A DNA stretch of 64,000 nt from Lama glama (lineage: Eukaryota). Shown in pieces: positions 23,957-36,660 of this stretch (within the stretch, counting starts at the first letter, position 1; the number at the start of each line of letters is the position of its first letter). A model generated the notes under the pieces. That model was given only the letters and a program-made list of their open reading frames with translations. It was not told the origin of the DNA and made no database searches. The translations under genes and the position numbers were made by a program. Location: the NCBI GenBank assembly GCA_028534125.1, contig CM052817.1, positions 11,906,001-11,970,000 of the forward strand, read 5' to 3'.

Positions 23957-26574
23957 GCATATCTGTAAGTCAAGGAGAACACAAAAGGATGTTTTCCCGA
24001 GTTAATTGGCGATGCATTCTCTTTCCGAACTGCTGAGGCTGGAAGCCTTTCAATGACATGATAATACTGCCTCCAAGTGGTCAAATTTAGAAAATCTCTC
24101 CCAAATCCTTCAGTTAGAGTAAAACCTTATCTTATAAAGGACCAGAGGAATAGGCTGTTAAAGACTTCTGTAGCTATGCTGACTTCGTGGGGAAACCACT
24201 GTGATTGTATGGATAGAACAGTTAATTAAGTCCTGCAGAGGGTGGCTGAGTGTTCTGGATCTTGGAGCTAGTCACAGTGGTGCGACTGTAGTTTTAAATC
24301 ACTGGTTTCTGCTCTAGGGAGTAAGGATGAAAATCCCCTTACCCTCCTATTCCAGGGGTTGAAATGCTCTGACTTTCTAGGTGTGACGGTGTAATAACAT
24401 GTGTGGGAGCACAGGGGAATCTGACAGCAGAAGTACTGTCACTTGAATGCTGTCGCTCTGTGGGGGTATGAGCTGAAGCATGTTTGTAAATTCCCTGAGA
24501 CTGTGCGTTCTTGCTCTGAAGAAGCCCTGTGAATAGGACCCCAAATACTCTTTTAAAACTGGGTTATTGTATGAATTGTTTGTTGTAAACTTGCTTTTTA
24601 AAATGTAAAATGCAATACTAATCTTAGCTTCATAATTATTAAATATTTGAATATGATCCTAAGAGCTCCTGTGGTGAAAAGTCCTTGCTCACTAACTTTT
24701 TAGGTAAAGTTGGGTAAGCCAGGTGTCCAAGTCTGGAGGGATCCGTTTTCTCACCTCTCTATGTGAATTAACAGTTTTGCTTTGCGTATCTCCTTGTGAA
24801 TGTTATTGACAGGAGCCTTTTGGGGAGAAATTGTGAAAACTCTATATTGCGCATGTTAAATGCGTTTCCTTTCATTCCAGTAACAAATAATTCTTTCCTC
24901 CTATTAACAAGTAATAAGATCACTCACAGATATCAGATTCACCTCAAAGTAAATAATTCCTACAAATTCATGCATCACTTACTATAAATCATCACGGAGC
25001 CAGGAGCTAGACTCCGTCTCAGGCCTGCGGTGTGTTAAGTTGAATGTCTTTCCCTAGAAGATACAGTGTTCCTTTCTCTATGGCAGGTGGCAGTTCGAAT
25101 ATAGATGTTCTACGTGTGGATCGTGTTGGTTTTCCTCTGCCCCATTAAAATGCATTTTCTGAATAACTCGGCTTAAGAGAGTGAATAATTCACAAAGAAA
25201 ACTCTCCATCCTCCCTCCAACATTAGCAATAAGAGCGTATTCTGTTCTTCCTCAGCCCCTTCCCCGTTAAAAGAATGTGTCACATCAGAAAATGCAGTTC
25301 TTTTCTGATTGGCCTTTACTGAGGTCACACTGTGTGTTGAACAGAAACTTCTTCGAGTTTATTATGATGAACACCCAACCCACCTCTGTCCCCTCCCTCC
25401 CAGCTCCTCCCAGAGTGGAGGGTCAGCGCAGCAGAATTGGGGTGTCTGTGTCCTGATGGGTCCCTGAGAGCAGCTGGACTTTAACAGAATGGAGAAAATA
25501 CACTCACCCCACAGTACTTCTGAGAGAATACATGGAGACCTTAAACGAGATTAATGAGCTCTGGGAAATGAGAATGGGAGTGGAGAGTCCTGAGAGCACT
25601 GAAGTACTTCCATTTCCCCTTTTTAGGTTTAATGCTGTTTTTCTTACTATGAACATATGAATACATATCACTTCTGGATGAAACTAGATACCATGTAGAT
25701 ATTAAAAAGGATGATATCCATCAGTACAGACAGCATAAGCATTTCAATATATTTTCAATGAAAAAAAGGAAGTCCCAGGATCACATGTATAGTGATAGTT
25801 AGATTATGTATAATATACGTGTATATATACATTTAGAAAAATTATGAACGTCTACATAACCATATGGTTAAAATTACTCTCTTCAAGGTTTTCAGGTGAA
25901 GAAAAGATGTATTTAAATTTTTTTCTTCCATACTCCTAGTTTTGATTGAATTTTTATACTAAACAGGCATTTATGGTTACTTGTATAATTGAAAAAAATA
26001 TATTTTTGTACAGATTGGCCAGACTGGGTGGTCGTTCCCCACTGATGAATACACCCGTTTGTCCGGGGCTCTTCAACAGTCTCCGCCCAGGTCTCCTTCC
26101 CTGTCTCTAGGCTGTGTCTCTCCTGGATGTGTTTTCTCCCCACCCCAGGCTGGTGCAGGGGCTTGGTCGTGCTCCCAGCATGGTCCACTCCTCCTCCCAC
26201 CAGAGAACTTACCTCACTGCATTTCAACTGCTTAGCAATTATCTGACCTCAGTAGTCCATAAGCAATTTAGGTTATATTTCTGTGTTTCAGGCATAGATT
26301 CTGACATATAGATTCCGAAATCATTGTTTATTAAATAGATAAACGGAAGGAAGGAAAGAAAGAAGGAAGGGAGGGAGAGAGAGAGAAGGTAGTAATATCT
26401 ATAAGAGAGGTGGTCAGATTGGAGCTTAATAGGAAAGAAAAATGCGTCAGTTTTTATTCAGCTCTAAGGAACAAAAGAAAATTTTTAGTCACTGGAGAGA
26501 CATATATTATTTGGGAACAAGAATTTTTCACCACGTTTGCCACGTGCCATGTTCTTATAACCTCTTTGATATAT

Positions 26575-26825
26575 ACAAGAAGAAATCATTATAATTCCAT
26601 TTATAATAATTTAAAAAATTAATGTATGAGAATAAACTGAAGAATTGTGTAGGAGGTATATAAAGAAAATCATGAGAATTTATTGAAGGACAGGAGAGGG
26701 TCCTAGAATAAATAAAGAGACATTCCAGTTCAGTAGATGGGAATACAGGATGCTGAAGTGATGCTAATTATCCACAAACGTCTTTTATCTTTGATGCAAT
26801 TACAGTGCAACTCCCGATGGAACTG
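26575..26825 (+). mobile_element. Ancient L1 ORF2 fragment
   Basis: aataaataaagagacattccagttcagtagatgggaatac resembles the ORF2 'NKWKDIPCSWIG' region. Confidence 0.6.
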
Positions 26826-26829
26826 CTTC

Positions 26830-27290
26830 CTTCCCTTCTCTCCCCACCTTCCCTTCCCCACGCTGGCATTATTGCTGCTCCCTGAGCTTCAGGCCCTCCC
26901 CAGGCTCAGCACTTTTGCATCTGCAGTTCCTTATATTGCATTTCTCTTTTCCCAGATCTTCTAGTGGCTGCCTCTCCTGTCAACACAGACCTCAGCCCAA
27001 GTGTGACTATCTCAGAGAAATCTCTCCACCACCCAACGTAAAGTAACTGGTAAGTCACAAAGTCACTCTCTATTACATTACCCTGCTTGCTTTTTTTCAT
27101 AGCACTTACCAGGATTTGAAAATACATCTTTATACGTTTTCATGCATATAATCTATTTTTCCTCACTAGAAGGTAAACTCCACGGGAGCAGGGGCATCTC
27201 CTAACTTAACTTGGCTGCATTCCTGCCTCCCTATAAAACAGTGCCCGGTACAAAGAAGACATTCCATTGACTGGTTTTGTTCTTAAGGAA
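26830..27290 (+). mobile_element. L2 LINE 3' end
   Basis: ttttttcatagcacttacca...cactagaaggtaaactccacgggagcagggg. Confidence 0.8.
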
Positions 27291-27429
27291 TGATCAGTGT
27301 TCTAATTTTGAGAGATCATTCGGCAATGGACTCATAACCCTTAACTGTTTTCCTTTAAACGTGCCCAGAGATTTATTAGTCTAGTTTTAATTTGGATCAC
27401 ATTGTATTAAAATCACTTCTGTATTTTGC

Positions 27430-27640
27430 CTGAGTATGATTCTCATCTCTGTCGCCTTTTAGCTGTGTGACTTTGGGCAAGTTGCTTAAGTTTTCCCAGC
27501 CTCAACTTCCTCATCTGTAAAATGGGAATAACGAGGGAAGCAACCTGCTTTCTTGTGGCTCATAACTGAATGAATAGATATGATAACTTCAGACGTTGTC
27601 TGACATACAGTAAACTCTCAATAAATGTTAGTAATCATTT
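27430..27640 (+). mobile_element. MIR SINE
   Basis: tagctgtgtgactttgggcaagttgcttaag...ttcctcatctgtaaaatgggaataac...ctcaataaatgttag. Confidence 0.9.
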
Positions 27641-29069
27641 ATTAATAACATAATATTATTTTCCTCTTGGAAGTCTGGCATAGAGGTGCCTTAACTTATG
27701 GCCACCCAGTTTTTGAAAGGCTCTTTGTAAGTCATTTGTTTGTGAGTCCAAAATCACATTCCACACGGGCTAATGTGGGTGTATTGGTGCAGTTTGGTTT
27801 CACAAGAGAGCTGTGCAGGTTGATAGTATCAGTTTTGATAATCCCCTTTGCACAGATACTGCTCATAATTTTCTTACAACCTATTGTTTAAATGTCCTCT
27901 TTCTTTCCTATCGAAATTTCCAGACTTGTCCTGTAAGGACTCTTACTGCATTTTAAAACAAACAGTAGTGTAAATACATGGCTGCTAATGGGCTCTGTAG
28001 TGGTGGGCAGAGCTGATGTTTCTGCTTTGATAGAAAACTGTATCTCTTCTTTCAGCTGATATTTATGGCGCGTTCACCTTGTCCCAGGCACTGCTGTAGT
28101 CTCGGGAATGACGTGAAGAATGGAGCAGATCGGGCTCTGCTCCCTCATGATTTACATTTACTTGCTTATGAAAGGGTAGATGTTGAAAATTTTAAGCACA
28201 AGACTTCATGCATTTTCAGATGGGGTTTGGCCCTTTAAGGGCTCTCTAGCTCACTATGTACTAGGGTTGTTTTCTCTTTGGGAGAATGTCACCCTTGCTT
28301 TCAACATTAGATGTGGGTATGCCATATGCTAAGTGGTTTGACATTTCAGTTGGATTTAAACCGATTGACATTGACAGCTTCATGCCAAAGTGTGTTAATT
28401 CTTAATCAGAAATGATATCCCCTTGGACCAATGAATGTGTTTAGCATTAATTGGCAGTGGCTGCCTGTAAGCTTTCTATGGGAAGATGTGGACAGAAAAG
28501 AAAATTCGGGCAGTTTAGGGGGAAAATAAGTGTGTTTATGAATCAGCTCTGTCAAAGAGAATTTATTAGCTTTTTGTGTAAACTACGTTTTATTCCTTGA
28601 CCATTTGTGTCTCCCTTCAAATAGCATTCAAGAGCATATGCTACGTGCTACGAGCTCTAGGGGTACCAAGACGCTGCATCCCTTAAGGAGCTCATAGTCT
28701 GAGGGTGGCATCACATAAGGAAACAAAAGATTGGCAAGCAGCGCAGTCAGTTCTCATGATCTTCGGGAGGACTTGGTGCTGCCCTCTTTGGCACAGCTGA
28801 GCTCATTCTGCAGGAGATATTAAAGGTTTTGCACAGGAAATGGAAATCCATGTTTCTGCATATTGAGAAAATCTGATTTATTTTTTTCTTTAGAATTCCA
28901 ATTCTTTATAAGGACCCCCCCCGCATCGATACATATTCAAAGGCTCTCTCCCCATTGCCGCAGGGCTCAAGAAAATGTGGATTTCGTGAGAGAATGCAGC
29001 TGCCAGTGGTGCACAGTGTTGGAGGCAGAATGAGCTCAGGAGGAAGACTGCTGGATGTCTTGCTTTTGC

Positions 29070-30110
29070 TAGTTTCTCAAGCCCAAATTCTGGGTGACTT
29101 CTCTCTGCCATTCTCCACATCTGATTAATCACCAAGTTCTGTCAGTCTTCTCTCCTGCGCATCTTTCTGGTCTGCTTTTAATTGGTCTGGGGTGCAGCTT
29201 TGGTATCAGCAGCTTTAAAATCCCCTCAGGTGATTCTAACATATACGGATGTTTGAGAACCACTGGTTTCCAACTAAATCAGGATCTCTGGGGGAAAGGC
29301 CCAGGCGTCGCTATTTTGCTAGCTTTTCCCAGATAACACCAATGTGCCCCCGAATTTGGGAACCACTGCTGTTGTGCAGGGCATCTCAAACATCTCCTGG
29401 GGAACTTGTGGAAATGTGGATTATGATTTGGTAATTCTGGGGTGGGGCCTGAGATTCTGCATTTCTGAGAATCTTCTGGGTGATGCCCACCCTGCTGGTC
29501 TGAGGATCCCACTGTGAGCAGAAGAGACTAGAGTCATGCAGGAGCCTTATAAACGGCCCACGTGCATTCAAACATGGGATGCTGCCAGCAGTGCGATGTT
29601 TCTAAGACACATACAGTCATGTCACCTCTCTCTTTAAAACCCACCATCAGATTATTAATATTTCCAAGCCTTGTATAATGGCTTACAGGTCCCTCTAAGC
29701 TCATGCTCCACCTCACCTACCAGTTTTATTTCTAGCCACTCCCTCCCCTGCACGTTCCAGCCGTGTCCTTGCGTTTGAGCTTCATAGCAGTGCGGCGCTC
29801 CTTCCGGCCTTAGGGTGTGTGTAGACTGTTCCTTCAGCTGGAGAATCATCATATCCTGACAAATCTTTATTTATTTTAGCTTAGATATCACGTCTTCTAA
29901 CTTCTCCACTCTCCCCCTTCTTCAGGCTGGATCAGGGACACCTTCAAATATGCTCATAATTACCTGGCTTATTATAATTTACTACTTGTTTGTATGTCTT
30001 CATTATAAAGGATAAGACATGTTTCCCTTATCCACTCTAATTTCCTAGTTCAATATTTAACACATGAAAGATATTTCATAAATATCATTAAATATGTGTT
30101 AAATGAATAA
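29070..30110 (+). mobile_element. L2 LINE, interrupted by a MER5 cluster
   Basis: L2 body and AT-rich 3' tail ending ttaaatgaataaa. Confidence 0.7.
29175..29530. mobile_element. Three tandem MER5-type hAT-Charlie MITE fragments
   Basis: ctcaggtgattctaa...tttgagaaccactg; aatttgggaaccactg; tggggtggggcctgagattctgcatttct. Confidence 0.8.
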
Positions 30111-30420
30111 ACAGACAACATCAAAATTTGGTGAGGAGCTACAACTTTGGTAGAAACCAATTAGAAAATATTTTGAGTAAATGCATTTGAAGATTACAAC
30201 TTACAAATAAGCCTTTATACAGAAAGTATTTCACCTGACCAAGGAAAACATGACATGGGACCTTTATAAGAGGATACAGCCTTACAGAAAATGGAAAAAC
30301 TCTCCTTCCCAAACATAAACATACCCAGTTAAGGATTATTTCTATGTGAAAAGGAACTGGAGGCAGATAACCCACTGGTTGTGCTTCATGATTCCTTGTA
30401 TATAATCTTTAAAGTAAACT

Positions 30421-31150
30421 TTGTGTCCAAAAAATCATTGCCATGACTAATACCAAGGAACTTTTTCCCCTGTTTTCTTCTAGAGATTCTGTAATTTGAG
30501 GTTTCACATTCAAGTCTTTAATCCATTTTGAGTTAATTTTTGTGGGTGGTGTAAGATCGTTTCATTCTTTTGCATGTGGATATTCATTTTTCCCAACACA
30601 ATTCATTGAACAACCTATGCTTTCCTGATTTTGTGTTCTTGGCATCCTTGTCAAAGATTATGTGTGTGGGGGTTTATTTCTGGGCTTCACATTCTGACCC
30701 ATTGGTCTACGTGTTTATTTTTATGCTGGTGTCACACTGTTTTGATTACTGTAGCTTTGTAATGTATTTTGAAATCAGGAATTGTTATGCCTCCAGCTTT
30801 GTTCTTAGGATTGCTTTGGCTATTTGGGGTCTTTTGTATTTCTATAAGAATTTTTGGGTTGTTTTCCTATTTCTGTAAAAAATGCTGTTGGAGTTTTGAT
30901 AGGAATTTTATTGAATCTATGGATTGCTTTGGGTATTATGGCTATTTAAACAATATTAATTGAAGAATACAGGATATCTGTCCATTCATCTGTGTCTTCT
31001 TACATTTCTTTCATCAATATCTTATAGTTTTCCCTGTACAGATCTTTCATCTCATTGGTTAAATTTATTCCTAAATATCTCATTATTATTGATATATTGT
31101 AAGTGGGATTGTTTTATTTATTTTTTCAGGCAGTCCATTGTTAGTGTACA
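30421..31150 (-). mobile_element. L1 ORF2 segment, inverted 5' part of a twin-primed L1
   Basis: Antisense ORF2: tctttaatccattttgagttaattttt, tgttttgattactgtagctttgta, atgcctccagctttgtt. Confidence 0.92.
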
Positions 31151-31815
31151 AAAAAGCCTAGGCAATAAAAGCAAAAATAAGCAAGTGGGACTACATCAAA
31201 CTAAAAAGTTTCTGCACATCAAAGGAAACAATCAACAAAATCAAAAGGCAACCTATGGAATGGAATAAAATATTTTCAAACTACATATCTGATAAAGGGT
31301 TACTATCTAAAATATACAAGGAACACGTATAACTCAATAGCAAAAGAAGAAATAACCTAATTAAAACACAGGCCAAGGGCCTGAATAGACATTTCCCCAA
31401 AGAAGTCATACAAATGGCTAACAGCGACATGAAAAGGTGCTTAACAGCACTAATCATCAGGGAGATGCAATTCAAAATTGCAATGAGGTATTACCTCACA
31501 GAACGGCTATTATCAAAAAGATAAGAGATAACAAATGTTGGTGAGAATGTAGAAAAAAAGAAAAAAGTGTGCACTGTTGATGTGAATACAAATTGGTGCA
31601 ACCACTAAGGAAAACAGTATGAAAGTTCCTCAAGAAGTTAAAAATATAACTACCATATAATCCAGTAATCCTACTTATGGGCATATTTCCAAAGGAAATT
31701 AAATCAGTACCTTGAAGACATATTTGGATTCCCATGTGTGGCATTATTCACAACAGCCGAGTTACAGAAACAACCTAGATGTCCATTGATGGATGAATGG
31801 GTAAAGGAAGAAATA
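31151..31815 (+). mobile_element. L1 ORF2 3' segment, direct part of the same insertion (L1MA-like)
   Basis: aagtgggactacatcaaactaaaaagtttctgcac...cactaatcatcagggagatgcaa...tgtccattgatggatgaatgg. Confidence 0.92.
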
Positions 31816-31900
31816 CACACACACACACACACACACATATATTTATATACACATACACATATACAATAAATATATATACACATACCTATACATCTGCACA
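31815..31900. repeat. (CA)n/(TA)n microsatellite
   Basis: Directly visible. Confidence 0.9.
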
Positions 31901-31981
31901 TAAAATGCATATATCTAAATTGGATAGGTTCCTAATTGCATAAATGTCCATAGTTGGGAATATCAGCTTATTATCTACTTC

Positions 31982-32098
31982 TTTTTTTTTTTTTAAAAAG
32001 GAATGCAATTTATTTATTTAGGTGGAGGTACTGAGGGTTGAACCCTGGACCTCATGCATGCTAAGTATGCACTCTACCTCTGAGCTATTACCCTCCCC
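31982..32098 (-). mobile_element. tRNA-Ala-derived SINE (camelid vic-1 type)
   Basis: Reverse complement reads ggggagggtaatagctcagaggtagagtgcatacttagcatgcatgaggtccagggttcaaccctcagtacctcca, followed by a poly(A) tail. Confidence 0.9.
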
Positions 32099-34199
32099 AC
32101 TCTGCTTGTTTTTGAGAAGAGCATCTTCTCCAAGCTCTTCTGACCACTGGGCTTTGCAGATACTGATTCTGCAGCTGAAATATCTGGGAGTGAAATATGT
32201 CACATTATAATGGAGGTTTTCACCTAATGGTATGGGAAGTTAGGCTAAATGGACTTCGGGGATGTTTCTTCCTTTCTCATCCAACTGATAGGGTTTTCCA
32301 TAAAGGTATAATGAGATAATTTATGCAAAGAGCTTAGCAATCCACCTGACATCTCTCAGGCATTCAATAAATAAAAGTTGGTGTCATAACTGTTAACAGT
32401 GGTCTGATTTCTGGCCTTCCTCCATGATTCCCTTAGATAAACTGCTCATAGGAAAAGCTGTTGTAAAGCCAACTTTAGAAGAATAAGAAGTGAAATAAGA
32501 AATTAATTATGCAAGTTTAAAAACAGCATCAAAGTTAAAAACACAAGGGCTATTTGAGATGATATTTGCTTAAATTAGAACATGATGCAGGATTCAAATT
32601 TGACTCTGAGATCTGTGACCTTGAGAAGAAACATCCTTCTGAGAAAAAAAAATTATCTTTCAGCTTTGATACAGTAAGGAACTACCAAGAGAATTGTCAG
32701 TTTTGTGGTTTGCACCCTTAGGCACCCTGGGTGGAAGGGACCATCAGTTGCTATAGCAGCACCTACTTTAGGAGTATTTTTATGCAGATATATGTCTTTG
32801 TAAAAAATAGTAGTGGAGTGGCTACGCATGAAATATCACTTGTAAACTTCAATTTGCAGCTCATTTTGAGTCTGGAATAAAATCTAGGTGTGATTTTTCT
32901 AGCAGTGAAGGAATCCATATATGGATATTAGAAAAGATTTGTTGATATAAAAACAGGGTCTTTTCTTCTTTTAAAAATCTAATTGCAACAGCTGTTTAAG
33001 GTGACAAGAGTACAAAGGCTAGATGAGAATTTGTTGTCCAAAGAGAGATTTTTTTTTTCAAGATTTAGAAAGAGAAAAAAAAAAATCCAAGGAGAGGATT
33101 CATGGAATAACATGATATTGGCAGAAAGTCATCGTTTCTTAGAACTGGATCAAACTCTGAGAACATCTTCAAGTATCCCAAGAAAAATATTATGTTGTAT
33201 ACTTTAAACTTTTGAGAAATGAGTCCCTCATTTCTTTTGAGCCCCTTCTTTTAATATCAGAGGAAATTAGGAAAATTGTCAAGGCATGGATATGACTAGT
33301 CAACAAGGGTTTTCTACAGATTTGGGGAAGACAGAAAGTAGACAGGACAGGGCAAGTCACCGCGGCATAAACGCATATCAGAAGAGGCTTTCAGAAGTGA
33401 GGGGTAGTCAGTCCAGTGCAGCTCCCGGCAACCCGTGGCTAGATCTGAAGGCTCACCACCGGGACAAGTAGGCCGAAACTGACAAGGGACATTGAGGATC
33501 CATTCACGGGAAAGTTGCTTCAGCCTGGTGGCCCTACCATCCTCTCCCAAGCCTCTGAACACTGTGGGGGAGTTAGAAGATACTTGGACACAATTTGGAC
33601 CACTCATATTTCTTTTCTTTTTCAAGGTGGATCTGTGCATATGCTAAGGTTCTGAGCTGCCACATACCAGGAATTCTGAAATCTTCAGTTTGTTTCTAAT
33701 CAGAAACAGTAAAACCTTGTCAAGTATTTTTCATGTATGTACCTTTGAGTCTTTGGAAAGATGGCATAGAGCAGTTATGAGAAGAGTGGGTCCTGGTGTC
33801 AGATTGTCAGTATTCAAAATTTATCAGCTGTGGTTCCAGGGAAGTACAGGCTGGCTGCAGAGATTAAGGACGCAGTCCAGAGGACTTTACTCGGACAAAA
33901 CTGAAGCAAGTATTTGGAAAAGCTAACTATTCTAGTGTGAAGTTCAATACCTCTGAATAAAACTCTGTCACACTAACATTTGTCTATATCTAGGGAATCT
34001 GGCTAGATCCTTTTCCAGGAAAAAAAAAAAATGTTGCTTTTGGACTTGCCTGAGAGCCAGGCACTGCCTGCTCCTCCTCCTGTGACACTTGCCAGTCATT
34101 CAGTATAGCTTCCCCTCCAGGAACGTATCTTTCCCACACAGAAACGTCATTAAAATTCCCACTCCAAGACCTGGTTAGAAGGAGCCCTCCACATATAGA

Positions 34200-36040
34200 G
34201 CAGAGGTGACCCATGTGAGCTGGCAAGTCCTTTGTTTTAAACATGTAGAGACAACCATGAGTCACTAGTTGTATGAAAAGAACTAGAAGTATGAAAGAGA
34301 AAGGCCATTACAAACAGAAAAACTCACCCCGGAGGAAATAGATACAATTCAGGGAACAGAAGGAAAGTTAATATACCCAGAGTCAATTAGATATCACAAA
34401 AATAAAGTAAAAATAGTATTCTCTAAAAAGGAAAATCAGAAAACAGTAAGAACTAAAAATATGATTGAAAAATCAAAAATTTCTATTCACAGCCTGATAC
34501 CTAAATTTGAAGTAATGTCTTAGAACTTAAAACAAAAAGGAGAAAGATAGGGAGAATGTGAGAAAATAGAAGGAGCCTACCAGAGCAATACAAGAGGGCA
34601 ACTGTTGGCCAATTAAACCACAGAAACAGCAGTCATACTAAATGGAAAAGAGAAAATCATTATAAGATAAAAGAAGAGAATTTCTTAAGGGTAAAGGAAG
34701 GACACACATTTTCATAGTAAAAGGACATACTAGGTGTCCAGAACAATGAACGTGGGAAGAAGGACTCACATATGGAAACATCACTGTGAAATTTCAGAAC
34801 ATCAAGGAGAACACAGATCCTAGCAGCTTCCAGAAACACTTGTTGCTGGAAAATAAAGGCTCATATTCTAAAACTTTCAGGGAGATTTAAAAACATCTAG
34901 TCTTTCGCAGGAAGTTAACTTGAAAATGTACTGTAACGAAGTGTTATACACACATAAGCAAAGATGAAGGCATGCAGGAACCAGCAGGTCTAGACTAGCA
35001 GAGAGTTAGCGGGGTCTGTACAGCGAGAAAACAGTGTGCATTTGCAGAGGAGGGAGCTTCCAAGGGAGGTTTTCTAGGGAAAAAAATAAAGAGTAGGATC
35101 AGCATAGATAGATAATCAAGAGACTGATCTTTTTAAAAGTGAAAATATAATTATGGCAAATAATATAAGGATAAAGGGAAGTAACCAAAATTTTAAAATC
35201 CAACCAAAAAATATTACAGATAGGAAGTAAAATGACACATGTAATAATTTGCAGCAATATATGGAACATAGTAAAAGAGAATCCATTCACGGTGACGGCT
35301 GCGTTGGTTGAAGAGGCCCAAGCAGCGGCGTGGAGGCCGAGACCGCGGTGCTGGTGGCTGTACGCGCAGACTTCTTGCCTCTCTTCCCTTCTCTATATAC
35401 TGAATTTTCCCCAATTTATTTAATGTTTACCCAAGCCATATGCATGTGGTAACAAATTGAATAATACAGATTATTCCTCCTCATTAGATCCAAGAACTCA
35501 ATATAGGACCTGTAGAAAAACAAACACAATCTTAACATATCATACTTATTAAATGCTGTTCTTTGCTTTTCACCTTTTATGATCAATTTATGGATGATTC
35601 ACAAGTGAAAGTGGGATAGAAATAAAGGAGGCGTGAAAGAGGAGGAACAAAGAACTTGTTGCTGAAAACCAAGAGACACTGTCAAAAGTTGGTGGAACAA
35701 GAAATCAAGGTATAACTCTCTGATGTTGCAGAGATGATCATTTGATGGACTGAAAAGGCAGTATAAATGGTAACCTTTGGGAAGAAAGGAAGGGAGAGAG
35801 TGGAGGTTCAGGGAGTTAAATATCATAATACAGAGTCATTAGTTGTGGTCATAGGTTAAGTCAGGAAATGTAGTTGTTAACATGTTACTTCATATCAGAA
35901 AGAAAATTATCAGAAGGGCTAAAAACAAATGCTGAAAGATGATGCCGTGTGTAACTGAACCTCTTTGTATGATGGAATGTGGGAAAGGAGTTCTGCTTTT
36001 TTAATAAAAATTAAAGCTATCATTTGATTTGTTAAAAAAA
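34200..36040 (+). mobile_element. HAL1 (half-L1, ORF1-like only), highly decayed
   Basis: accccggaggaaatagatacaattcagggaacagaag, catcactgtgaaatttcagaacatcaagga and a HAL1-like 3' region ending in AATAAA and an A tail. Confidence 0.7.
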
Positions 36041-36424
36041 ATGTAAAGGGAGAAGAAAGGAAGGGAGGGAGGGGAGGAGATAGGAAGGAAAGCAGGCAGA
36101 CAGCAGCGAGTCTGCAGAGCACTGCAGGACCACCGTCACCTCCCCGGCCACGACCGCTGTCGCCAGCACCGCTGCCCTTCCTTACGCCACGCCTTCCACT
36201 GCTTGGACTTGTGCGCCAGACACTGGGCTAAGTGATCTGAATGCCTGTTAGTTTTAGTCTCCTTAGAAACAAGGCTTGATAAATTCTGACTAATGACTCT
36301 GCTGATACTAATCTCTTTCTCCCATTTTAAATCTGATTTGAGAAATAGTGGTCATCGCACATTGTCTAACAGATATTTAACTATCCTTGGGCACAGGGTA
36401 CTTAGAAAGAAAAATTTCAGCAGC

Positions 36425-36660
36425 AGGACAATATCAGTCTTTAATATTTGAAGAGCTGACATGTGAAAGGTAATTAGATTTGTTTTCAAATGTTAGAGAG
36501 CATGCTAATGGTGTAGACTGTAATTCAGTAAGTCTGGTAGGGGGTCCACATTTTTAGTATGCATCTCAGTGGATTCTGATCCAAGTGGTTCATGCTTCGT
36601 GCACAGAGAAACATTAGCGGTGGGGGCTGTATTCGCTGATCTCTAGGATTTCTTCTACCA
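36425..36660 (+). mobile_element. L3/CR1 3' fragment, with a small MER5-like piece
   Basis: gtctttaatatttgaagagctgacatgtgaaagg...attagatttgtt resembles the L3 3' end. Confidence 0.55.
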
